DNA of 64,000 nucleotides from contig CM000151.3 of the NCBI GenBank assembly GCA_000004695.1, positions 1,216,001 to 1,280,000 on the forward strand, in the 5' to 3' direction. Both the position numbers and the translations under genes were made by a program. The notes below the pieces were generated by a model. It ran no database searches. It was not told where the DNA came from and was given only the letters and a program-made list of their open reading frames with translations. Below are positions 53,753 through 64,000 of this stretch, in pieces (the first letter of the stretch is position 1; each line of letters opens with the position of its first letter). The DNA comes from Dictyostelium discoideum. Lineage: Eukaryota.

Positions 53753-55353
53753 TACAGGCAATCATCTTAATTATTTTTTTTTAAAAATAAAAAATTGTAA
53801 AAAAAAAAAAAATCACTGGAAAAATCTTTGGGAAATATCTTTTCTTTAAAATTTGAAATAATTGAAAAAAAAAAAAAAAAGAAGACCGAATTTTCTTTTA
53901 AGATAATAATGGATATTTTTTAAAATTTTATTTCACACGTCATTAAATTAAAAATAAAAAATAAAAAAATAAAAATTAAAATTAATAGCGCCCACAATAA
54001 ATCATTTTGATTTATTTTAATTTAAATTATACATTTTGGGTATACCAAAAATAAATTTATTATTTGAAAAAAAATTCATTTAAATGATTAACTATGTCTA
54101 AAAACTTGGTAATCATAATTCTCAATACATGTTAAAAATTATCTAGGAACAGAATAAAGAGATTAAAGATTTCCATAATAGTTTTTGATTAAAAAAAAAT
54201 AATAAATTATTATGATTTTTTTTTTTTTTTTTTTTTTGTCAATAAATTTTAATAATTTTGTTTTATTACATTTAAAATATATATATATAATTCAATAGAT
54301 TGATTATTTTTGTGTAAAAAGATCTGTTTTCAAGATTTATATTAAGATTTCCCACTATTTATGTTTTTAATAATAATAATAATTGTATGGCTACATCTGT
54401 AATAATTTTTTTTTTTTGTCATGGTGGGTGAGCTAGTGGTTGTGTTGAAATTTTTGGTGAAATTATTATTTATTTATGTGCATATCTAAATACAAATTTG
54501 TTTTATTTTGTTTTACTACTCACCATAACTTAAATTGTTCCCATTTTGAGTTTTTTTTTTTTTTTTTTTTTTGGACAACACTAAGCCCAGATTGAATCTT
54601 TCTGTGTTTATCAGAATATATTCCTAATTTTATTTATTTTACAAATATTAAAAATTAAATATATTTATGTTTTTGTTTCATATAAAAAGAATATTTTTTT
54701 GTTTTTTTTTTCAATAAATAAAAATTATCAAAACAAATTACTAAATATACAAAAAAAAAAAAAAAAAAAAATGCCAATTTTAGGTAAATAATATAAAAAA
54801 AATATAATAAAATGTTTAAAATTTTTAAAAAGTAATAATAATTTTATTAATTTATTTTTTTTTTTATTTTTTTTTTTAATCCAAATTTTAAATATTAACA
54901 ATTCAGGATCCATAAGCACATTTTCACAATTTAATGTAAAGAAAAGTAAAAATGATTCAATTTCATCATTTTTAAAATCTAATGTTGGGTATTCAAATTC
55001 AATGGTTAGTGAAATAGATGGTAGATTCGATAATCTTCCTATTATTATCCAAAAACCACCAAATAAACCAAATGCTTACATTTAATCAAGAAAACAAGAT
55101 TTTATTTTGAATTTAAAAATAAAATTATTTCTTTAAGTTTTCTTTTTGTTCATCAAATTTATTTTAATAAAATATTTTATTTTAAAATCCATTTTTATTG
55201 CTTACAATTAAAAATAAAAAATATATAAAGAGATAAAATAGAAATAAAAAAAACTAATAAATAAAAGAAAGGATCCAACACATTTTAAAAGTTTTTTATT
55301 TTTTTTTATTTTTATGTTTAAAAAAATATTAATTTATTAAATTTTAAAGGTTA

Positions 55354-58300
55354 TTAATCCCAAGAACTATTGTTATTGTTATTTTGACCCCATTGATTTT
55401 GTTGTTGTGGTGGTACATTCCATGGTTGATTTGGTGGTCTGTTAAATTGTTGTTGTTGTTGTGGTTGTTGTGGCATTTGGCCATATGGTTGTTGTTGTTG
55501 GCCATATGGTCCTTGTTGTTGTTGTTGTGGTGGACCCCATTGATTTGGAGGTCTGTTATATTGTTGTTGTTGCTGATATTGTTGTTGTGGTGGCATTTGT
55601 CCATATGGTTGTTGTTGTGGTGGTCTTTGTTGATATTGTTGTGGTTGTTGTTGTTGGTATTGATTGTCGTTCCAACTTTGTGGTCTTTGTGGTGGTTGTT
55701 GTTGTTGATATGGATTATATTGTTGTTGTTGTTGTTGTGGTTGCTGTTGTTGTGGTGGTTGTTGTTGATATGGCTGTTGTTGTTGTTGTTGTTGTTGTGG
55801 TGGTTGTTGATAAGGTGGTCTACCTTGAGAGTATGGTTGTTGTTGTGGCATTTGCCCATATGGTTGGTTTGGTTGTGGTTGTTGTTGGTAAACTGATTGA
55901 GGTGGTGGTTGTTGATATTGATTTGGTTGTTGTTGTTGATATTGATTTGGTTGTTGTTGTTGATGTTGAGGTCTTTGTGGTGGTTGTTGAGTTGATTGTT
56001 GGAATTGTTGATGTTGTGATCTTTGTTGAGACATATTATTATTATTATTAGAATTATTATTAGAATTATTACTACTATTTTTAATATTATTATTATTATT
56101 ATTTGAAACAGAACGTGAAGAAGTATTTGAAGGTAATCTTTGATTTGATGTATTATTATTATTATTATTACTTGATGAACCACTACTACTACTACTACTA
56201 CTACCTGGTTGTAATAATTGAGCATAATTTCTTTTAAAATATTTAATTAATTCATAATAAGTTGGATAAAGTTTTTTTCTTAAGATAAAGCCATCAGCTT
56301 TAACTAAAACAGGTTCATGTCTTGGAGTATTTGAAGGTACATGATAGAGTGTAAGGAAACCTGGATGTTCGAAATCATAACCGAAATAATAAGGAATCGT
56401 TTTTGGATTCTTTTTCTTTTCTTCTCTAATTAGATCATCAACATCTGAACGATTACCATCCTTCCAATGGGCAGTATTTGATTTGACTTCATTGAGATTG
56501 TTTATTAAATATTCTACATGTCTAGCCAAGATTTCATCCAATGAATCATATTTTACATCACCCATATAGAAAGATTTACCTAAACTTACTGCATTTGGTT
56601 TATCGGCTTCTTTAATGTCATGATGTAAGAATATACTATCGGCAAATTTGAAGGTAGCAGTGATATGATCATGACCTTTACTTGATGGACGTAATAAAAC
56701 ATCACCAATTGGTTTATCACTTAAATAGGTTTCAGCCTCTAAACAACTAAAGTCATGCCATAATGGATGAACCACGGTTCTTTTTATTCTTCTTTCTCTC
56801 TTTGGTTTTCTCTTTGTTTGTTCTACTGGTGGAGCAACCTCTTCAAGACGTAAATATTGATTAGCACCATTCTCTTTCAATTCACGGAAAATAGTTTCCT
56901 CCCAGAAACTTGGATTAAGATCCGATGGTTTACAAGATAATGAAACGGTGAATTGATATTTATCAACACCCATCACTCTACAATTGATAGTGACACCTCT
57001 ACCTAAAGATTTAGTTTCCCCATTGTCACTGATACAATCGGTTGGAATGGAACCTTCTAAACCATTATCCAATCTACATTTGACTGAATTATCAAAGGTA
57101 CGAATAGTGGTTACAGTTACGAGGGTACCTCTTCTTAATGATTGATTGGTTTCACCTGTTAACCATTCAAAGATTGTATCGGCCGATGGCTCTTCATATG
57201 GATGTCTAATATCGGCGAATGGATTTGTCAACTCTTTCTTTATGAAATATAATAACTTTCTAGCTGGACGATCCTCATGTGACTCGATGATATCAGCAAA
57301 ACCATCCAAATCTAAACGATCCAATTTCTTTGGTCTCTTTATGATATCTTCAATGTAGGAATGGAAATTTCTTTCATCTAAATTCTTATCCAATGCTTCG
57401 GCTGCGATACGATAAGTGATTGGATAAGAGGTTGGATGAATTCTTGTGTCATCCAATAGATCAGCTTTATAGTCTGCTGCATGTCTTTCACGAATTTGAA
57501 TGAAACCAATACAATTTCTATAGATGACATCTTGACTCAACACCTTCTCCAATGATTGTCTGCTAGTGACAAAACCACCACGACGGAATAAAGAATTTAA
57601 TAACATTTGAGCCTTTCTTGAACCCAAACCACTGACAAATTGTAAAGTAGCCGATGTGAATCTACATTGAATCATACGATTGATATCTACACCCACTGCA
57701 TTGACGACATTAATGAAACAACGATGTAATAATTTCACCAAATAATCCTTACCAATCATATCTTGAAGTGGATGTAACTTTAGGAATAGGATCTCGTTAT
57801 GATCGTTGCACAATGATGCATACTCTGTGATTGGATCCAATGCACAACGACCCACAGCAATTGTGTGTCTAAGAATTGGTGGATACTCTTTAAACTCTTC
57901 TTGTAATCTTGATGAGGTTTGTAATGATAAACCAATCTCTGGACTATAATAATTCAAGAGTACACTCTTTCTAATGATACGTCTCTCACCATTGGACCAA
58001 CGTTGAAGATGATCTTTCACCTCTTCATAGAGACGTTTACTATCCATCTCTGTTGCACTTACCAACACCAAACGTGGTTGATACTCTTGACAAATCTCCT
58101 CCAATCTCTTTATATCCTTTTCTTTCTTCTCTTTTAATGACTCACCTAAACGATCACAAATGAAATCCAATTTAATATGTGACAATACTTCACCATCTGA
58201 ATTTAAAACTGCACCCATAGTTGGAATTTTATCTGAACCCCAACAAAGTGATAAAATTTTAAATGGTATTGGATTACCATCTCTATCGTAATCAACTTCT

Positions 58301-60784
58301 TCATCATCATCTTCATCTTCGTCATCATCATTACTATAACCGTTATTTGCTCTTGAACCACCAAATAGTACACTTGAATTTGAATGACCAATACCACTAG
58401 ACGAAGAAACTGGTCTCCAAGGTGCAACACGAATTTTGTCTTCCAATTTCTTTGCACATTCAAAAGCCACACGATTACTTGCTTCGGTTAATAATTTATT
58501 TCTTAATTCTTTCTCTAAAACTGGATAAAGGAATTTATTTAATGCTTCACGAATGATAAGTTTTCTTTGTTCATTCCATTGTTGAGTGATTGCTGATGTA
58601 CCATCACTTAGATACAATGATTCCATCTCTGGAATGATGACGGAATTATGAGTTTTCTCGGTGATTGCCATAGTGGATTTGATGAAACCTTCCTTCTCTG
58701 CTTTGAGAATCAAAAGATATTGAGAGTCTTCAAAGAGATGAGCTGGTTTCTCTTGAATACTTTTCACTGTGAAATAAGGATGGAAAACATCAATCTCTTT
58801 GAACCCTTTCAAAGTGGGTGTGGTTGTAATATGTGCATACTTTCTATAGATCATTCTAACCGAGTAACGTACATGTGGATCATATCCAATCTCTTGTGCC
58901 ATCATATAACGAGTTGCTTGTAAAACACGATCTTTATTATCAGCCTCCAAACAAATGTGAACCAATGCCATTGTCGATGGTTCTGCCATTTGGTCTCTAG
59001 GTTTGTTGGTTGTATAATTATCCATTAAATTTTGACCAAATTCTTGTGCTGTCATACCAAAATTTGGTAAAAATTTTGATAACCCTGCTTTAGTATAAAT
59101 TGTATAAAGATCTCTCTTGATTGCTTTCTTTTGTCTACTTAAACCACCAACTGTATTACCTTGAGTTGCACTACTACCACCCTCTTTATCATCATAACCA
59201 TCGCCACCACTGCCTAATGATGAACTACCATTTAAAAGATTAGTATTCTTTTGAATACCATTTATCATTTGAAAAAGATCATAAAGATCAGAGATACTCT
59301 CTTCGGAACGACTCTCCAATAGAACCGATTTATAAGGCTCCAATTGTTGATTGTTTGAACCGATTTGCTCTAAATTTCTTTTATTCACCTTCATATGAGC
59401 CCATTTCTCGTCGAGATCAAATATATTCCAAAGTTCTTGAAGGGTGAAATAAGGTTCATAGATGTCCTTTTCATAGGTGTAGATGAATGGTATCTCCAAG
59501 AGATCACGTTGAATGAATTGTAATATCTTAAAGATCGCTGTGATTGCCTTTGCGTCTCTAACAGGTTCAGTATTTGGATTTCTTTGTTGCTGTTGTTGGA
59601 AATCACGTTGTTCAAATGCAACTTCATAAATCCATTCAGCTTCTTCTTCACAAGCCATCTCACCTGCATATTGTGTACCCTTTCTACTTTGTAATCTCTC
59701 TGGTACATTCTTATTACGAATTTCCTCATCAGCATCTGTAAAATGTTTCTCTTCCAATAATGATGGTTCGTATTGTTCTCTGATCGCTGCTAATCTATCC
59801 TTGGCTCTATCAGCTTCGGTTTTATTTATACCTGAATCCTCCTCTTCCTCTCCACTACCATATCCTTCTTCCTCATCATCATCGAAAATATCACTCATAA
59901 TTCTAGAACGATTAGAACTCTCATAGCTCATACGTTCACGCTCATGACTCCTCTTTACTGGTTTACCATGTGAATCAACTACAAATCCATCATCCTCTTG
60001 TTCACCATTATATCCATCCTCTACATCATCTTCTTTATCTGATAAATCTAATTATTATTATATTAAAATTAATATATATTATATTATACTTTTGTTTTTT
60101 TTTTATATTATTTACCTTTATTTGAAGCTCTTAATTTCTTTAAACGTTGTAAACCACCTTTTTCACGTTTTCTTCTCTCTTCACGTCTTTTTCTTCTTCT
60201 TTCTCTTCTAGCTTGTGCAACTTCTTCGTCCTCTTCAGATTCAGATTCAGATTCACTTCCATCTGATCCATCATCACCATCTTCATCACCATCAATATCT
60301 TCATCAAGATGATTATTGGTTCGTTTTGGGCTACTACTATTACGGCCACCACTACCACCACTACCTCCACTACCACTACCACCACCACCACCACGATCCT
60401 CCTCCTCTTCTTCTTCATTATCATCTTCATTATCGCTATTTGATGATGATTTCTTTCTTTTTTCTTTTTTCTTTCTTTTTCGACGTTCATCGTCATCACC
60501 ACCAACCACGAAATCATCATATTGATACTGATTTGGTTCATTTTCATCCTCCTCACTACTATCATGATATTCCTCTAGTTCTGATGATTCATCATCTTTA
60601 TTTTTATTTAAATTCTTGAATTTCTTTTTTGGATGAATATTTTCTTCATTTTCAATTTCATCATCACTATAATTTTCTAGATTTTATTTAATTTTTTTAT
60701 TTAATTTTTTAATTTAATTTAATAAATTTGTATTTCTTATGTTTTATATTGAAAAAAAAATAATAAATACATACTTGAACTCAT
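55354..60784 (-). CDS. spt6: Transcription elongation factor Spt6; 3 exons: join(complement(60775..60784),complement(60116..60676),complement(55354..60037))
   Basis: Acidic N-terminus (exon 2: ...EEYHDSSEEDENEPNQYQYDDFVVGGDDDERRKRKKKEKRKK...SESESEEDEE...RRERRRKRREERRKREK). Main exon has YqgF/HhH/S1-like regions (YRNCIGFIQIRERHAADYKADLLDDTRIHPTSYPI; NGLEGSIPTDCISDNGETKSLGRGVTINCRVMGVDKYQFTVSLSC). The tandem SH2 region reads WHDFSCLEAETYLSDKPIGDVLLRPSSKGHDHITATFKF...YDSLDEILARHVEYL. A Q/P-rich tail of about 330 aa follows. Exon 1 is ATGAGTTCAA plus donor GTATGT; exon 2 has donor GTAAAT at 60110-15; acceptors are TCTAG and AATTAG. Phases are consistent. The 10-nt first exon is the least certain part. 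Confidence 0.85.
55372..56030 (-). repeat. Coding low-complexity Gln/Pro-rich repeat region (Spt6 C-terminal tail)
   Basis: Iterated QQQPNQYQQ, PYGQMPQQ and PPQQQ units; CAA/CCA-rich DNA. Confidence 0.8.
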
Positions 60785-61151
60785 TTATGATTTCTATATA
60801 TAAAATGTATATAATATGTATTTATTGTGTAATGAGCTGTGTTAATATCTCCTATATAATTAAAATATTGTTGAATATAGGTGATTTAAAAAAAAAAAAA
60901 AAAAGAAAAAAATAAAAATAAAAAAAGTTGAAACTATTTATTTTTTATTTTTTTTATTTTTTATTTTTTTTTTTTTTATTATTAACTATTTTTATAAAAT
61001 TTTTTTTTTTTTTTTTTTTTTTTGTTTTGATTTTTATATGGTAAAAAGAATAAATAAAAGACTAGTTCAAATAAAAAAATTATATTTAGTATGCAACTGA
61101 AGCCTATTTGAATTCAAAAAATTGAAAAAAATTAAAAAAAAAATTTAAAAA

Positions 61152-61184
<33 letters not shown>

Positions 61185-62286
61185 TGAAAAAAAAAAAAAT
61201 AAAAATAAAAATGAAAATAAAAAAAGAGAATGAACATGAGAAAAAAAAAAAAAAATTAATTAAAAAATAAAAAAAAGAAATCTGATGATTTTAAAAAAAA
61301 TAAAAAAAAGATAAAAAAAGAGAAATCATTTTTCTTTTTTTATTTTTACTTTTCTTTTTATTTTTTATTTTTTTTTTATTTTTCTTTTTATTTTTTTTAT
61401 TTTTTATTTTTTTTTTTATTTTTTTCTTTTTATTTTATTTTTTTTTTTTTTATCGTTCAGCACCGAATCGATATTTTTAACCCCACTTTGGAATTGAAAT
61501 AATTTTTTTTTTTCTTTTATCATTATTACCGTTTTGGTTTTGGATTTCCAATTTTTTCCTTTTTCTTTTTATTTTTCCATTTTTTTTTTTAAAAAAAATA
61601 TTATTTTCCTTTATTTTTAATTAAAGTGTATTTATTTAGAATTTAAATTAAAACTAAAACTAGTTTTTATTTTAATTTATTTTTAATAATTAAATAAAAT
61701 TTTAACTTATCTTTCAAAATATTTATTTATTTTTAAAAAAAAGAGAGGGAGACTTGTGAACTTCCAATTTTTTCCTTTTTCTTTTTTTTCTTTTTTTTTT
61801 TGCTTTTTTTTTTCTTTTCAAATTTTTTTTTTAGTTTTTTCAAAGTAACAATTTGTTCGTGTGGTCAATTCTAAAAAAAGGTAAAAAACAGTGTTTAAAA
61901 CAATAGTTTATAACTTGTTAATTTGGTGTTACAATAATCTTTAAAATTTTTAAAATTTTAAAATAAAATTTTTTTTTAATAAAGACGACCATAATTGGGG
62001 GTGGAGGGGGGAAATTAATTATAATAATTTTTGTGATAAATTTGGATATTATCTATTTATATCACTTTAGGAAAAGAAATAAAAATAAAATAAAAATAAA
62101 CTAAAACTAGTTAAACAATTTTTTTTTTTTTTGATTTATTTCTTTTTATTTTTTTTTTTTTATTTTTTTTCCATATTATTTTGTCTTGCAAGTAATAACT
62201 TTTTTTTTTTTTTTATTTTTTTATTTTTTTTTTTATTTTGTTTTCATTCTATTTACGGGGAGTTATAATGATTTTAAAATTAAAAA

Positions 62287-62322
<36 letters not shown>

Positions 62323-62810
62323 TTTTTTTTTATTTTATTTTTTTTTTATTTTTTTTGAATTCAAATAAAAATTTTTTTTTTTTATTTTTTTTTTTTTTAT
62401 TTTTTTTTTTTTTTTATTTTATTTTTTTTTTTTTTTATTTTTTTTTTTTTTTTTTTTAAATTTTCATTTTATAGAGCGTGTGTTTATTGTGGTGGGTTTA
62501 TTATTATTATAAATTTTTATTATTATTCTTATTTTTTTTTTTTAAAAAATTATACGAATATTTATATATTAACATCATATCTTTATTTTTTTCTTTCTTT
62601 CGTTTTTTTTTTTTCTATTATAAAAATAATTTGACACAGGGTTTTTTTATTTTTTTTTTTTTTTTTTTAAAAAAATATATTTCATAAAAATTCAAAAATA
62701 ACTCAAGAGAAGAGAATAAAATTTCAAATATTTAAATAACTTTAACAGAAATCAAAAAAAAAGTAATTGTAAAAAGAGTAGTATCAATATAGAATATAAA
62801 TAAAAACAAA

Positions 62811-64000
62811 ATGCAAAGATCAAAACAAGAAACTAGAAAATCACAATATAAAAAGTCAATTGATTCAGATGAGTCACGTAGAAAGAGAGAAGAAGCTTCA
62901 CTCTCTATTAGAAAGAATAAAAGAGAAGAAAGTTTATTAAAAAAGAGAACTCAAGCAGTCCCAGGTTCTACTCCAGTTAAAGTTGATTCTTTAATTAACC
63001 AAAGAGTATGGTTTATTCAATTTTATTACTATTATTATTTTATCCCTCTTCTTTAGTTCAAGCAATATCTTTTTTTTTTTTTTTTTTTTTTTTATTATTA
63101 TTATTATATAAAATAGTAATAAGAAAAAAAAAAAAGTTATATATTATTATTAATAATTTATAATTATTATTAAAATTTATACTAATTTTTTTATTTTTTT
63201 TAATTTTTATTATTTTAATTTAAAACAGTTGGAACAACTCCCATCTTTAGTTGCAGAAATTAATTCAGAAAACCCAGATTTAATTTTAAAATCAACTACA
63301 GCATTTAGAAAATTACTTTCAATTGAAAAATCCCCACCAATTGAAGAAGTTATTAAAACTGGTATTGTCCCAAGACTCGTTAAATTTTTATATATGCAAG
63401 ATTTCCCACAACTTCAAGTAAGTATTTCTTTTTGTTTGTTTTAAAATGATATCTATTAAATTATTTATAATATTAACTTTTTAATTATTTTATTATTTTT
63501 ATTATTTATTATTATTATTTATTATTATTATTTTTCTAATTATAGTTTGAAGCAGCATGGGCATTAACAAATATTGCATCAGGTACACCAGAACAAACTA
63601 GAGTTGTAATTGAAAATGGTGCAATTCAAGTATTCGTTTTATTATTAAGTTCACCACATGATGACGTTAGAGAACAAGCAGTTTGGGCCTTAGGTAATAT
63701 TGCAGGTGATTCACATTATTGTAGAGATTTGGTATTAAGTCACAATGCTTTACCACCATTATTAAGTCTCTTACAAAATCCAGCAGCAATCAAAGTTAGT
63801 ATGGTTAGAAATGCTACATGGACATTATCCAACTTTTGCAGAGGTAAACCACAACCACCATTTGAAATTGTACGTGCCTCACTTCCAGTATTAGCCAAAT
63901 TAATCTACTATCAAGATGAAGAAGTATTAATTGATGCATGTTGGGCTCTCTCTTATCTCTCTGACGGTTCCAATGAAAGAATTCAAGAAGTTATTGACGC
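62811..64000 (+). CDS. Importin subunit alpha (karyopherin alpha), 5' portion; join(62811..63005,63229..63417,63546..>64000), continues beyond the window
   Basis: Exon 1 is the IBB domain: [46 protein letters not shown]. Exon 2 reads [54 protein letters not shown]. Exon 3 holds ARM repeats: [55 protein letters not shown]...[12 protein letters not shown]...[18 protein letters not shown], matching importin-alpha consensus. Donors are GTATGG at 63006 and GTAAGT at 63418; acceptors are AACAG and TATAG. Confidence 0.85.

Noticed and set aside
55384-56225. Plus-strand ORFs 55384..55896 and 55461..56051, and minus ORF 55344..56225, overlapping the spt6 tail
   Set aside because: They are antisense or frame-shifted readings of the CAA/CCA-rich Q/P repeat, giving poly-L/W or poly-V/N-H strings. 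The Spt6 frame is the one continuous with the conserved SH2 region.
62186-62687. Small ORFs in the poly-T/poly-Y region upstream of importin alpha (62186..62368, 62238..62459, 62478..62687)
   Set aside because: These are homopolymer/(TTA)n translations (poly-F/Y/L) in 5' intergenic DNA.

Overview
This window looks like Dictyostelium discoideum (or a close dictyostelid) nuclear DNA, not a prokaryotic locus. It is about 78% A+T, carries long coding poly-Asn/Gln (AAT/CAA) tracts, has short AT-rich introns with GTAAGT/GTATGT donors and AG acceptors, and encodes an FNIP-repeat protein. I found no CRISPR, operon or phage-type features. The window is gene-dense on both strands. Genes I can name from protein similarity are eIF3 subunit L (minus strand, 3 exons) and eIF3 subunit A (plus strand, 3 exons), which lie head to head on a shared 740-bp intergenic region. 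I can also name ribosomal protein S29 (2 exons), the transcription elongation factor Spt6 (minus, 3 exons), an HLTF/Rad5-like SNF2-RING helicase (2 exons), and importin alpha (5' part, 3 exons, runs off the window end). Genes recognised by domain architecture are a Kelch-repeat/coiled-coil/RhoGAP protein; a C2/ankyrin/SAM/TKL protein kinase whose C2 domain is split over four micro-exons; and a 1867-aa FNIP-repeat/LRR protein with two divergent kinase-like modules. There is also a multi-pass membrane protein, a small secreted Cys-rich protein and an Asn/Ser-rich low-complexity ORF. The most unusual content is a three-member cluster of very large secreted proteins. Each has a signal peptide, about 1000 aa of beta-helix-like repeats carrying Chlamydia-Pmp-like GG[AV]/FxxN motifs, a Cys-rich module and a C-terminal 7-9 helix transmembrane domain. 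Copy A is on the plus strand at 17.8-22.8 kb and copy B on the minus strand at 48.5-53.7 kb. Copy C (43.7-48.1 kb) sits next to B, is nearly identical to B at the nucleotide level in the transmembrane region, but is broken by frameshifts and a stop in the beta-helix part. Other features include two long intronic (ATT)n/(TAA)n microsatellites, a 54-bp coding tandem repeat in eIF3A, a minisatellite, E2F-like GC motifs in AT-rich promoters, and a 100-N assembly gap flanked by long homopolymers. Exon boundaries were read by eye and may be off by 1-2 nt.
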